From a virus (taxonomy: Duplodnaviria; Caudoviricetes): a stretch of DNA of 37,234 nt. The stretch spans positions 1-37,234 of the IMG/VR virus record IMGVR_UViG_3300042262_000164. One strand, written 5' to 3'. The position numbers and the translations under genes are program-made. Numbering within the stretch: position 1 is the stretch's first letter; every line of letters begins with the position of its first letter. The notes under the pieces are model-generated. The model was not told the origin of the DNA. It made no database searches and worked only from the letters and a program-made list of their open reading frames with translations. Of this stretch, positions 1 through 8,393 are shown piece after piece.

Positions 1-2938
1 CTTCAAGATGGATGAGTTTCCGGAGAGTAAAAATCTGAAGCGCTTTTCTATAACTTTCCTCTGCGCTTGTGAATTGGCGCCGCTCTGACGCGATTCTTCC
101 GAGAAGGAAGAAATTTTGTGCAGAGAACACGTCTTTTGCAGATTGATCAGAAACGGGGGCTAGGAATCGGAGCGCTGCCTCAGAACTCTTCTGTGCCGCA
201 TCGAGTTGGTTGAGCAGCATTAGTCGTTGGCTGGCGTCACCGATTAGGCCGACCATCTCGAGACGCCGTTCGTCGTCGAGTGTCTCGGGCGGATAGGTTT
301 CGAGCGCCGCGATGACCTTGCGCACGAGGCGCTCTCCAGCCGCATTTTGTCGCGTTTCCGTATAGTGCTGCAGTATCGGCGCAACGAAATTTAGGATTCT
401 CTCATGTAATACGAGTGCCTGGTCGAGGGCGGTGGAGAAGGTCTCGAGTTCGATCGCGGTGAGTAGGCGGCCGAGCCTGCGTTGATCGGCGTTGGCTTCG
501 TTCATGAGACGGATGATGTGGTCTCCGAAGCCCCACATATAACGCCGAAATGCGCGATGGATTGCTTCGCGGATCTCGGCGCGCTCGGTAGCGGTGAGGC
601 GGCGCTCGAGGAACCAGGGCAGGATCGGTTGTGGCGCGAGATAGTCCGCCGCCGCCGCGCCGGGATCCGGATGCGGCTGGACGAGCCCCCACGTCGCCGC
701 CGCAGAAAAAGCCTCCCCCCAGGCATCGGTGGGCAGGTCGGCCAGCAGCGGCTCATTCGCCAGTTCCTCGACGTAGCGGTCGAAGAACGGCCCTCGAACT
801 GCGGCCTTGAAGGGGGCGAGGCACTCTAGCAGGCGCCGGGTGCCGGGGTCGAGATTGGCGTGGGAATACTCGACGCAGGCGAGGATGCTCTCGGTGCGCT
901 CGGTGCCCGCGGCGTCGAGATCAGCCGCGCCTTCCGAGAGCGCCGCCAGTACATCTTCCGGGCTTTGCTGCGCGAGGTTCGGCAGCACTACCTCAAGCGC
1001 CAGCGGATGGCCGGCGAGCAACCGCGTCAGCCGCCTCATCGCATCCGAGCCTATATTGGCCGCGAGCCCCGCGCGCGCGAGAATTCGTTCTGTCAGATCC
1101 GAAGCCGCCTCTGCGTCGAGCCCGCGTAGCGGGTAGGACCGCCCCTCGATCGCGGACGCGAGCCAGGGCACTGGCCCGCGTGAACCGAGCAGCACCAGGC
1201 TCGCCCCGCCGACGAGACGTGCGAGGAAGGTCGCAATCTCCGCCCGCCGCGGTTCTGAGAGCTGATTACGGATCGCGAAGGCCTCGGCGGTCACCGACTC
1301 AAGATTGTCGAGAATCAGCAGTCGACGCCGCCGGCGCAGCGCCTGAGCGATCTTCTCACCTTGCGCCAGTGCCGAAAGGATAGCGAAACGCTTCGCCTCC
1401 TGCGGCGGCAGCACCTGATCCGCCAGCTCGGCTAGGATCGCCTCAAGTGTCCAGGCCTGCGCGTCGTAGCCGAAGTAGTCCGCGCCCTCGATCCAGCCGG
1501 TGCGTTCCCACCATGCTGCTAGATGCTTGAGTAGCGCGGTCTTGCCGGTACCGCCGCCACCGTGGATCAGCAGCAGCTCGCGTTCCTGAAGCCGCCGCTC
1601 GATCTCGAGAATGTCGAGGTCGCGGCCGAGGAAGCCTCCCGTCGCGGTGCGCGGCTCGGCCGCCCCCAGGCGCGCCTGGCGCTCAAGCCAGATCTCCTCC
1701 TCCTCGGGATACATCCGCCGGGGCTCGAGCTTCGAGTCCTCGCGCTGGTAGAGCACCGGCAGGATCCAGTCCTTGAGCTGGATCTGCTGATTGAAATAGG
1801 CGCGCCGCCCGGTCTCATTGGCCAGCTCCAGCCGCGCTCGGCGCAGCGCCTCGCCGAGCGGCGTCGGCTCGAGCAGTGCGCGATAGAGCACCGGCATCAT
1901 CCTGGCCGCCGCGCTCACCGTGATCGAATAGCTCATCGCCACCACGTTGCGCGCGCCCGCGTCCAGCAACCGCGCTCCAAGGCTGGTCTCGCGCTCGCCC
2001 CCGGTCTGCTTGCCCGACTGGCAGGCATTCAGGATCGCGATCGGAACGCGGTACTTTGCGAGCAGCGCCGCAACCTCCTCCGCCGAGGCGAGGTCATGGC
2101 GCGGATCCTCCGGGCGCAGCGGGCGCTTCTCCGGCTCGAAGACCAAAAAGCCGTCCTTGCCGTCGAAGGCGGCGATCTGCTGCTCGCGCCCGTAGCGCAT
2201 GCTGAGCTGGTCCAGCGGCGTGCCTTCGCCGCGGATCGCCGCCTCTACCTCGGCATGGCTCAGTAGCGCGCCGTGCAGGTCGAAATGCACCACGTGGTAG
2301 GGCCGGTCCTTGCGATCCTCCAGCCGTTTGGCGAGCGCGGGATAGGTGCCGGGGCGTAGCAGGTCGATCTCGACTGATAGCCCGGCGTCGCCGAGCGCCT
2401 CGATCAACGGCCGCGAGATCGTGCGATAGCCGACATCCTTCGCCCCGCCCGGCCGTGCCGTGACCACCAGCACCCGGATCGTCGGCGCCGCGCGGTCGAA
2501 CTCGGCGAGGTCGATCCCTGCCTTGCGCGAGGCGCGCGACAGCGAGGCCTCGGTCGCCAGCGGGCCCCGATCAGGGTCGCGCAGCGTCTCCCAGTGAAGC
2601 GCCTGAAACGCCGGCGAGCCCGCGATCTCAACCCGGCGCGGACCCGGCCCGCTCCGCCACCGCTCATAGGCCAATCGGGCGGAGGTAGCCGCGAACAACT
2701 GCTGGAACAGCGCATCGCCATAATCCACGATGCCGCGCTCCGCCGAGGCCGCTTTCGCCCCGCCCAGCATCGGCAGCTTCAGCCAGTCCTCGAAATACCA
2801 TTCGAGCGCCGCCTCCCGGCCGTCGTTCTCCGCTCCAAACGGATCGCGGATCTCGACCGGACCGAACTGGACTCCTCCGATCTCCAGGCTAGCTGAAAAC
2901 ACTCCGCCTACGCAGGCAAGCTCCCGTACCGCGATCAT
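1..2938 (-). CDS. CHAT (caspase-like) protease + STAND/NB-ARC-like NTPase + TPR protein, paralog B (3' end beyond window)
   Basis: Not in the ORF track because it has no stop in the window. Manual translation from ATG 2938 (GAGGA RBS upstream) gives MIAVRELACVGGVFSASLEIGG..., CHAT dyad VVHFDLHG / ILNACQSG, FLGRDLDI, Walker A GGGGTGKT, Walker B LLILDNLE, GHPLAL, and TPR-like LLGRIASERRQFTSAEESYRKALQIF at the edge; frame open to base 2. Confidence 0.9.
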   Translation of the reverse strand, partial: MIAVRELACVGGVFSASLEIGGVQFGPVEIRDPFGAENDGREAALEWYFEDWLKLPMLGGAKAASAERGIVDYGDALFQQLFAATSARLAYERWRSGPGPRRVEIAGSPAFQALHWETLRDPDRGPLATEASLSRASRKAGIDLAEFDRAAPTIRVLVVTARPGGAKDVGYRTISRPLIEALGDAGLSVEIDLLRPGTYPALAKRLEDRKDRPYHVVHFDLHGALLSHAEVEAAIRGEGTPLDQLSMRYGREQQIAAFDGKDGFLVFEPEKRPLRPEDPRHDLASAEEVAALLAKYRVPIAILNACQSGKQTGGERETSLGARLLDAGARNVVAMSYSITVSAAARMMPVLYRALLEPTPLGEALRRARLELANETGRRAYFNQQIQLKDWILPVLYQREDSKLEPRRMYPEEEEIWLERQARLGAAEPRTATGGFLGRDLDILEIERRLQERELLLIHGGGGTGKTALLKHLAAWWERTGWIEGADYFGYDAQAWTLEAILAELADQVLPPQEAKRFAILSALAQGEKIAQALRRRRRLLILDNLESVTAEAFAIRNQLSEPRRAEIATFLARLVGGASLVLLGSRGPVPWLASAIEGRSYPLRGLDAEAASDLTERILARAGLAANIGSDAMRRLTRLLAGHPLALEVVLPNLAQQSPEDVLAALSEGAADLDAAGTERTESILACVEYSHANLDPGTRRLLECLAPFKAAVRGPFFDRYVEELANEPLLADLPTDAWGEAFSAAATWGLVQPHPDPGAAAADYLAPQPILPWFLERRLTATERAEIREAIHRAFRRYMWGFGDHIIRLMNEANADQRRLGRLLTAIELETFSTALDQALVLHERILNFVAPILQHYTETRQNAAGERLVRKVIAALETYPPETLDDERRLEMVGLIGDASQRLMLLNQLDAAQKSSEAALRFLAPVSDQSAKDVFSAQNFFLLGRIASERRQFTSAEESYRKALQIFTLRKLIHLE

Positions 2939-2966
2939 CAACCCAGATCCTCAAATCAACGAAATC

Positions 2967-3284
2967 TCAAGGACGCTCCACTCTCAGCTTCAGTTGGCCG
3001 CCATGCCCGTCCTCAACGACGATGTTGAAGGGAGCCTGCGGCTTCGGCCCCCCGCCGAACAGCTTCTTGAGCCCGGCGATGATAAGGTCCTTACCGACAC
3101 CGCTGGCAACACCGATGACGATCGCGGTCCCAATTGAGACTGGATCGATCGGGAAGCTCTGTCCCGCGCCTGGGGCCATCGCGTTGCCCCGCCGGAAAAG
3201 TTCTGGATCCGCATTCCATTTCGCGCAGAGCGTATCCGCATCGCCCAATCCCTCGGCGATCGATACAATGACCAGGTCCGACAT
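2967..3284 (-). CDS. Small (105 aa) hydrophobic-helix protein, candidate protease partner/substrate (EACC1/Trypco/Pepco-like position and size)
   Basis: ATG at 3284 with GGAGG RBS; central apolar Gly-rich segment DPVSIGTAIVIGVASGVGKDLIIAGLKKLF; stop is 28 bp upstream of the paralog B start. Confidence 0.7.
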   Translation of the reverse strand: MSDLVIVSIAEGLGDADTLCAKWNADPELFRRGNAMAPGAGQSFPIDPVSIGTAIVIGVASGVGKDLIIAGLKKLFGGGPKPQAPFNIVVEDGHGGQLKLRVERP

Positions 3285-3299
3285 GTCCGACTCTCCCTC

Positions 3300-3486
3300 C
3301 GTTTCGCCGCCTTTGTGTCGCCGAGCATCGGCAGCTTCAGCTAGTACCATTCGAGCACCGCTTCGCTTCCACCGCCCTCGGCCGAACAGATCGTTGACCC
3401 TTACGGCACCGAACTGGCCCCCATCAATCTCTACGCTCGCGGGAAAAAAGCCCGTCCACGCATGAAACCTCCCGGATCAGGATCAC
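3300..3486 (-). pseudogene. Degenerate 5' remnant of a third CHAT-STAND paralog
   Basis: Aligns by eye to 6285-6467 and 2755-2938; reads MILIREVSCVDGLFS / ASVEIDGGQFGAVRVNDLFG / AEGGGSEAVLEWY*LKLPMLG with two frameshifts, a 9-nt deletion and a TAG; its GTG overlaps the TGA of paralog A. Confidence 0.85.
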
Positions 3487-6467
3487 TTTTTATCCTCCAA
3501 GGCCCTAATTATGGAATTAAGTTCATACGATGACAAATCCACGTCGTGATCTGGATTCTGATCGCGAGAATTTGCGTAACCACGGCGTATCTGTGGGCGA
3601 CTTGTTCGATTTGCTCCGGTGCTAAAGTTCTCTCTAATCGATAGAACGATGCCGTCTGCTATGTATTTCGGGAAAATGTCAATGGATTCTACAACTCGAA
3701 CCATGATGTCGCATACTCTCTGTAGAGTATCCAACTCATTTGTAATGTAGAAATAGGATGCTAAATAGTCTAAAACATGAATTATAGAGATTCTGAAAGA
3801 TATATTGCTTTCAATTATGTTTACATTTTGAATGTTCCCATATACGAAGTTTACAAATTCATTTATAATTAATGGATCCTGTGAAATGTGGTAAATTGCA
3901 CAGTCGAATATATGATGCATCTCGCGGCCATCTCGAATGCATTCACATACAGAATAACGTATTGTGTCGAACTCCGTCAGCAGCCTAATTCTTGCGAGAT
4001 GCCTGTCTATCTCGTGACCTGATTCAATAAGTTTTAAGATATCCCTGCAAGAACACTCCATGGAGCACAAGAACGCTCGCTTGATGGACGCTCTTTGTTC
4101 ATGAGGCAAGCTATCGTATTTTGCATTTATGAACCAAATGGCTGATTTACTTAATTTTGAATATCCTATATTTTTAGAAGACGTTAAACTATTGAGAGCA
4201 TATCTCTCCATGAGGCGGTCTTCATTTAGAATTTTCTTCCACCCCTCTGTCGAGAGGCTAGACAGTTCCGGCTGCTTCGCCAGTTCTCCTGCATATTGCT
4301 CGAGCATGGGCGCGTATATCGCCGCTTTGAACGGAGCGAGGCATTCGAGCAGGTGCTTGATGTCAGGGTCGAGATGGGCGTGGGTGAATTCGACGCAGGC
4401 GAGGATACTCGCGGTGTGCTCAGTTTCTTCCGAGTCGGGATCAGCCGCGTTCTCTGAGAGCGCCGCCAACACTTCCTCAGCGTTCTGCCGGGCTAGGTTC
4501 GACAGCACCACCTCAAGCGCCAACGGATGGCCGGAGAGCAGCTGCGTCAGCTGCTTCATCGCATTCGAGCTTATGTCAGGGGCGAGCCCCGCTCGCGCGA
4601 GGATCCGCGCCGCCAGCTCCGAAGCCGCCTCTGCGTCGAGCCCGCGCAGCGGGTAGTCCGCACCTTGGGTCGCGGCCGAGAGCCAGGGCACCGGCCCGCG
4701 CGACCCGAGAAGCACCAGGGTCGCGCCGCCCGCCAAGCGCGCGAGGAAGTCGGCGATCTCCTCCCGCCGCGCCTCAGGTAGCTCGTTGCGAATCGCGAAG
4801 GCCTCGGGGGTGACGGATTCGAGATTGTCGAGGATCAGCAGTCGACGCTGCTCATGCCTGCGCAGCGCCTCGACGATCTTCTGGCCCTGCGCCGACGCCG
4901 AGAGTTGCGCGAAACCCTTCCTGCCGGGCTCGTCAAGGACCCTCCCCGCTAGCTCGGCCAGTATCGCCTCGAGTGTCCAGGCCCGCGCGTCATAGCCGAA
5001 GTAATCCGATCCTTCGATCCAGCCGGTGCGTTCCCACCAGGCCGCCAGATGCTTGAGTAGCGTGGTCTTGCCGGTGCCTCCACTACCGTGGATCAGCAGC
5101 AGGTTGCGCTCGCCGAGTCGCCGCTCGATCTCGAGGATGTCGAGGTCGCGGCCGAGGAAGGATCCGGTCGCGGTTGGCGGCTCGCCCGCCCGCATGCGCG
5201 CTTGGCGCTCGAGCCAGGCCTCCTCCTCGTCGGGATGCATCGGCCGGGGCGCGAGCTCGGCCTCCTCGCGCTGATAGAGAACCGGCAGAACCCAGTCCTG
5301 AAGCTGGATCTGCTGGTTGAAATGGGCGCGCCGCCCGGTTTCGTTCGCAAGCTTCAACCGCGCCCGACGCAGCGCCTCGCCGAGCGGCAGCGGTTTGAGC
5401 AGCGCGTCATAGAGCACCGGCATCAATTTGGCCGCCGCGCTCACCGTGATCGAATGGCTCATTGCCACTACATTGCGCGCGCCCGCGTCCAGTAGCCGTG
5501 CGCCGAGGCTGGTCTCGCGTTCGCCGCCCGACTGCTTGCCCGACTGACAGGCGTTCAGGATCGCGATCGGAACGCGGTGCTTCGCGAGAAGGCTTCCCAC
5601 CTCGGTCGCCGAGGCGAAATCATGGCGCGGATCCTCCGGGCGCACAGGGCGCTTGTCTGGCTCGAAGACTAGAAAGCCAACTTTGCCTTCGAAGGCGGCG
5701 ATCTGATGCTCGCGCCCATAGCGCATGGTGAGCTGGACTGGCTTAGTTCCTTCGCCCCGCATTGCCGCCTCCACCTCTGAGTGACTCAGCAGCGCGCCGT
5801 GCAGGTCGAAATGCACTACTTGATACGGCCGGTCCTTGCTGCCGTCCAGGCGCTTGTCCAGCGCGGCATAGGTGCCAGGGCGAAGCAAGTCCACCTCGAC
5901 CCGCAGTCCAGCGTCGCCGAGCGCTTCGATCAGCGGCCGAGAGATGGTGCGATAGCCGACCTCCTTCGCGCCGCCCGGCCGCGCCGTGACTACCAGCACC
6001 CGGATCGTCGGCGCCTCGCGATCAAACTCGGCTAGGTCGATCCCCGCCTCGCGTGAGGCGCGCGACAGGGATGCCTCGGTCGCCAGCGCCCGGCCCCGAT
6101 CGGGATCGCGCAGTGCCTCCCAACGCAGCGCTTGGAACGCCGGCGAGCCGGCAATCTCGATCTGGCGCGGCCCGGCGCGCGCTAGCCAACGTTCATAGGC
6201 CAATCGGGTGCGGGTGGCCGCGAACAACTGTTGGAACAGCACATCGCCATATTCGGCGATGCTGCGCGCCGCCGTCTCCGCCTTCCTGCTGTTGAGCATC
6301 GGCAGCTTGAGCCAGTCCTCGAAATACCATTCGAGCACCGACTCCCGCTCATCGCCCTCGGCCCCGAACGGATCGCTGATCGTGACGGGGCCGAACTGGC
6401 CGCCATCAATCTCTAAGCTCGCTGAAAATGCCCCGTTCGCGCATGAAAGCTCCCGAACAAGGATCAT
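3483..6467 (-). CDS. CHAT protease + STAND NTPase + divergent helical C-terminus, paralog A (about 994 aa)
   Basis: ORF 3483..6539; start moved to ATG 6467 (MILVRELSC) by alignment with paralog B. Motifs VVHFDLHG, ILNACQSG, GSGGTGKTT, LLILDNLE, GHPLAL. Confidence 0.9.
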   Translation of the reverse strand: MILVRELSCANGAFSASLEIDGGQFGPVTISDPFGAEGDERESVLEWYFEDWLKLPMLNSRKAETAARSIAEYGDVLFQQLFAATRTRLAYERWLARAGPRQIEIAGSPAFQALRWEALRDPDRGRALATEASLSRASREAGIDLAEFDREAPTIRVLVVTARPGGAKEVGYRTISRPLIEALGDAGLRVEVDLLRPGTYAALDKRLDGSKDRPYQVVHFDLHGALLSHSEVEAAMRGEGTKPVQLTMRYGREHQIAAFEGKVGFLVFEPDKRPVRPEDPRHDFASATEVGSLLAKHRVPIAILNACQSGKQSGGERETSLGARLLDAGARNVVAMSHSITVSAAAKLMPVLYDALLKPLPLGEALRRARLKLANETGRRAHFNQQIQLQDWVLPVLYQREEAELAPRPMHPDEEEAWLERQARMRAGEPPTATGSFLGRDLDILEIERRLGERNLLLIHGSGGTGKTTLLKHLAAWWERTGWIEGSDYFGYDARAWTLEAILAELAGRVLDEPGRKGFAQLSASAQGQKIVEALRRHEQRRLLILDNLESVTPEAFAIRNELPEARREEIADFLARLAGGATLVLLGSRGPVPWLSAATQGADYPLRGLDAEAASELAARILARAGLAPDISSNAMKQLTQLLSGHPLALEVVLSNLARQNAEEVLAALSENAADPDSEETEHTASILACVEFTHAHLDPDIKHLLECLAPFKAAIYAPMLEQYAGELAKQPELSSLSTEGWKKILNEDRLMERYALNSLTSSKNIGYSKLSKSAIWFINAKYDSLPHEQRASIKRAFLCSMECSCRDILKLIESGHEIDRHLARIRLLTEFDTIRYSVCECIRDGREMHHIFDCAIYHISQDPLIINEFVNFVYGNIQNVNIIESNISFRISIIHVLDYLASYFYITNELDTLQRVCDIMVRVVESIDIFPKYIADGIVLSIRENFSTGANRTSRPQIRRGYANSRDQNPDHDVDLSSYELNSIIRALEDKK

Positions 6468-6811
6468 CAGGCAGACCTTCGAGTCATTCTTACTGAAATA
6501 GACGAGGGTAACTTTCGGCGCGGACGTACGCGGTTTCAAGCGAATTTAGCGGCGCATGGCTACAAATCGGGCGACAGAGAGAGGTTGGCCAGCCGGCGAC
6601 TCTTGCCAAGGCTGACGCTTCGCTGCCCAACTTGCGCAGCGGCGAGGGCTAATGACAATGGGCAAGAGGCCTCGGGAGAAGATCGCAGGATTGGCCCGAC
6701 GCCCACTTGTGGGTTGCAACGGCTCCCGGAGCATTCCAACGGCGAAATTTTACTTCCTACCCTCGCCCATAGGCTTGGCGCGTTTCCAAGGAAAAAACGT
6801 TGACGCAGGTG

Positions 6812-7552
6812 TTACACGAGAGCAAGGGAGCTCCAGGTGTGCGGCCCTACAATGCCATCCACCTGCAAGCACGCGCGCTTCTGGAAGTCGCGCACTGCCC
6901 TATCCGTATCCCACCCAAAGCAGCCATCCACGGCTATCGCGAGCGCCTCTTGCAGTCTTCGCACAGCGGGACCGCTGTCGCCCCAGCGCAGTACGACTGC
7001 CGATGGACCGCCGCAGCGGCGCTGGTGCGCAGCCTCGATTCGCGCCGCGTAGCCCGCGACATTGGCGCCGCCGTTGTACCGCGCGGCGAAGCCGCGCCAG
7101 TCCCCCGCCCGAAGCGGCGCCGCCAGCCCCCAGCTCCGGATTAGCGCGACTAAGGCCCCGACCTGCGCGCCCTCGTCGTCAGCCATCGCCTCGACCATCG
7201 CCGAGGTGGAGGCGTAGCCCGCCGCGCCGGCGTTGAAGCCCATGATCTGAGGCCCACCCCAGCTCGTCGCGCGGAGCGCGTCATCGTGATCCACCGCGAA
7301 TGCGGCCGCGAACTTCGCCTCGCGCGCCCCCGCCGAGAGCAGCGCGCTGCTCCGCCAGGTCCCGTCCGGCCTGCGGAGCTTGTGCGGCTCGAAGCGCCGC
7401 TCGAGCGAGCCGTCGGCGCGGAACGGACCGCCGGAGCATTCGACGTCCCAGACCGCGCGGATCGCCGCGACCGGACAGGCGAGCGCCTCGGCTGCGCGCG
7501 CGAAATCCTCCGGCCCCGCGCGCCGCGCGGCACCGATCCAATGGCATGTCAT
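6812..7552 (-). CDS. Endolysin: N-acetylmuramidase (DUF3380-like) + C-terminal peptidoglycan-binding domain
   Basis: AIRAVWDVE, FEPH, ATSWGGPQIMGFN, FAARYNG; C-terminal LRWGDSGPAVRRLQ...VDGCFG..T..AVRDFQ...VDGIVGPHTW. Confidence 0.88.
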   Translation of the reverse strand: MTCHWIGAARRAGPEDFARAAEALACPVAAIRAVWDVECSGGPFRADGSLERRFEPHKLRRPDGTWRSSALLSAGAREAKFAAAFAVDHDDALRATSWGGPQIMGFNAGAAGYASTSAMVEAMADDEGAQVGALVALIRSWGLAAPLRAGDWRGFAARYNGGANVAGYAARIEAAHQRRCGGPSAVVLRWGDSGPAVRRLQEALAIAVDGCFGWDTDRAVRDFQKRACLQVDGIVGPHTWSSLALV

Positions 7553-7646
7553 GATGAAACTCCAGGAGAGAGGTCCGCCGGATGCGGGCCGGATGATCAG
7601 GTCAGGGAAGGAGAGCGGCGCGAGCCCCGGCCGCTCGCGCGTGCGC

Positions 7647-8384
7647 TCAAGGCGCGGCGCAGGTCAGAAAGTGCGCCGCGATCCGCACCGCGCCGGCGGC
7701 AAAGGCGCCGCCGGCCGCTGTCAGCACCACGGGCGTATCGGCGTAGACCGCGGTCGGCCCGATGACGCCGACATTGGTCGACCCCGCCGCGATCCCGAGC
7801 AGGCTCCCGAACTTCGTCGCCTCGCCGGCGATGCCGCAGGAGAAAGACGTCGCGCCGGCGATCGCGGTCGCCACCCGCGTGGTGACGCCGAGCAGGATCG
7901 CCCGGTTGGGGATGGTGATCGACGAGGCGACCGAGGCGCCGGAGAGCCCGGAGATTAGCTGCTCGCGCACCGCCATGCCGGTGGTGAATCCGGCCGGGCC
8001 CTTGGCGACCTCGACCTCGGCGCCTTGGGCGATGAACCCCATCGCGCTCACGAGGTCGGTCCAGGCCGAGCCGGTCCAGACCAGCGCCAGCGACTCGGCC
8101 TCGACCCAGCAGATCCAGCCGGCGCGCGGGAGCAGCCGCACCCAAGTCCCGTCGGACAGCATCGCGACGCTGCCGTCCCAGCCTGCCCAGAACCCCGTCG
8201 CTCCGGTCGCTACGAGGTAGCGCGCGCCATCCGGCGGACTGGCCGGTGGCGCCACGCGGTCCCGATCGACGACCGCGAGCTGGACCAGCCCGTCGAGCAG
8301 CCGCAGCGCCTCGTTGTGGGTGACGTGCTTTTGCGCCTGCGACGCCGCGAGGTAGGGCAGGAGAAGATGGGTCGAGGTTGCCAT
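7647..8384 (-). CDS. DUF2793-family tail-associated protein
   Basis: N-terminus LLLPYLAASQAQKHVTHNEALRLLDGLVQL typical of DUF2793; follows the megatron-like gene. Confidence 0.85.
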   Translation of the reverse strand: MATSTHLLLPYLAASQAQKHVTHNEALRLLDGLVQLAVVDRDRVAPPASPPDGARYLVATGATGFWAGWDGSVAMLSDGTWVRLLPRAGWICWVEAESLALVWTGSAWTDLVSAMGFIAQGAEVEVAKGPAGFTTGMAVREQLISGLSGASVASSITIPNRAILLGVTTRVATAIAGATSFSCGIAGEATKFGSLLGIAAGSTNVGVIGPTAVYADTPVVLTAAGGAFAAGAVRIAAHFLTCAAP

Positions 8385-8393
8385 GGGAGCCTC

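Larger units (their letters stand above)
790..6470. repeat. Direct duplication of about 2.1 kb (about 790-2940 versus about 4320-6470)
   Basis: Long shared nucleotide runs, e.g. gatccagccggtgcgttcccacca at about 1490 and 5016, gcgccgtgcaggtcgaaatgcac at about 2268 and 5794. Confidence 0.9.

Noticed and set aside
3285-3350. N-terminal extension of the small ORF (127 aa version)
   Set aside because: It runs through the pseudogene remnant; the ATG at 3284 has the strong RBS
1-6467. Diversity-generating retroelement as the cause of C-terminal variation
   Set aside because: No reverse transcriptase or TR/VR pair differing only at adenines in the window; cannot be excluded beyond the left edge
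6546-6803. Short ORFs between the endolysin and paralog A
   Set aside because: No RBS, motifs or similarity to the 105-aa partner; probably non-coding
7618-7641. GC hairpin gcgcgagc-N7-gctcgcgc between DUF2793 and the endolysin
   Set aside because: No U-tract on either strand, so not called as an intrinsic terminator
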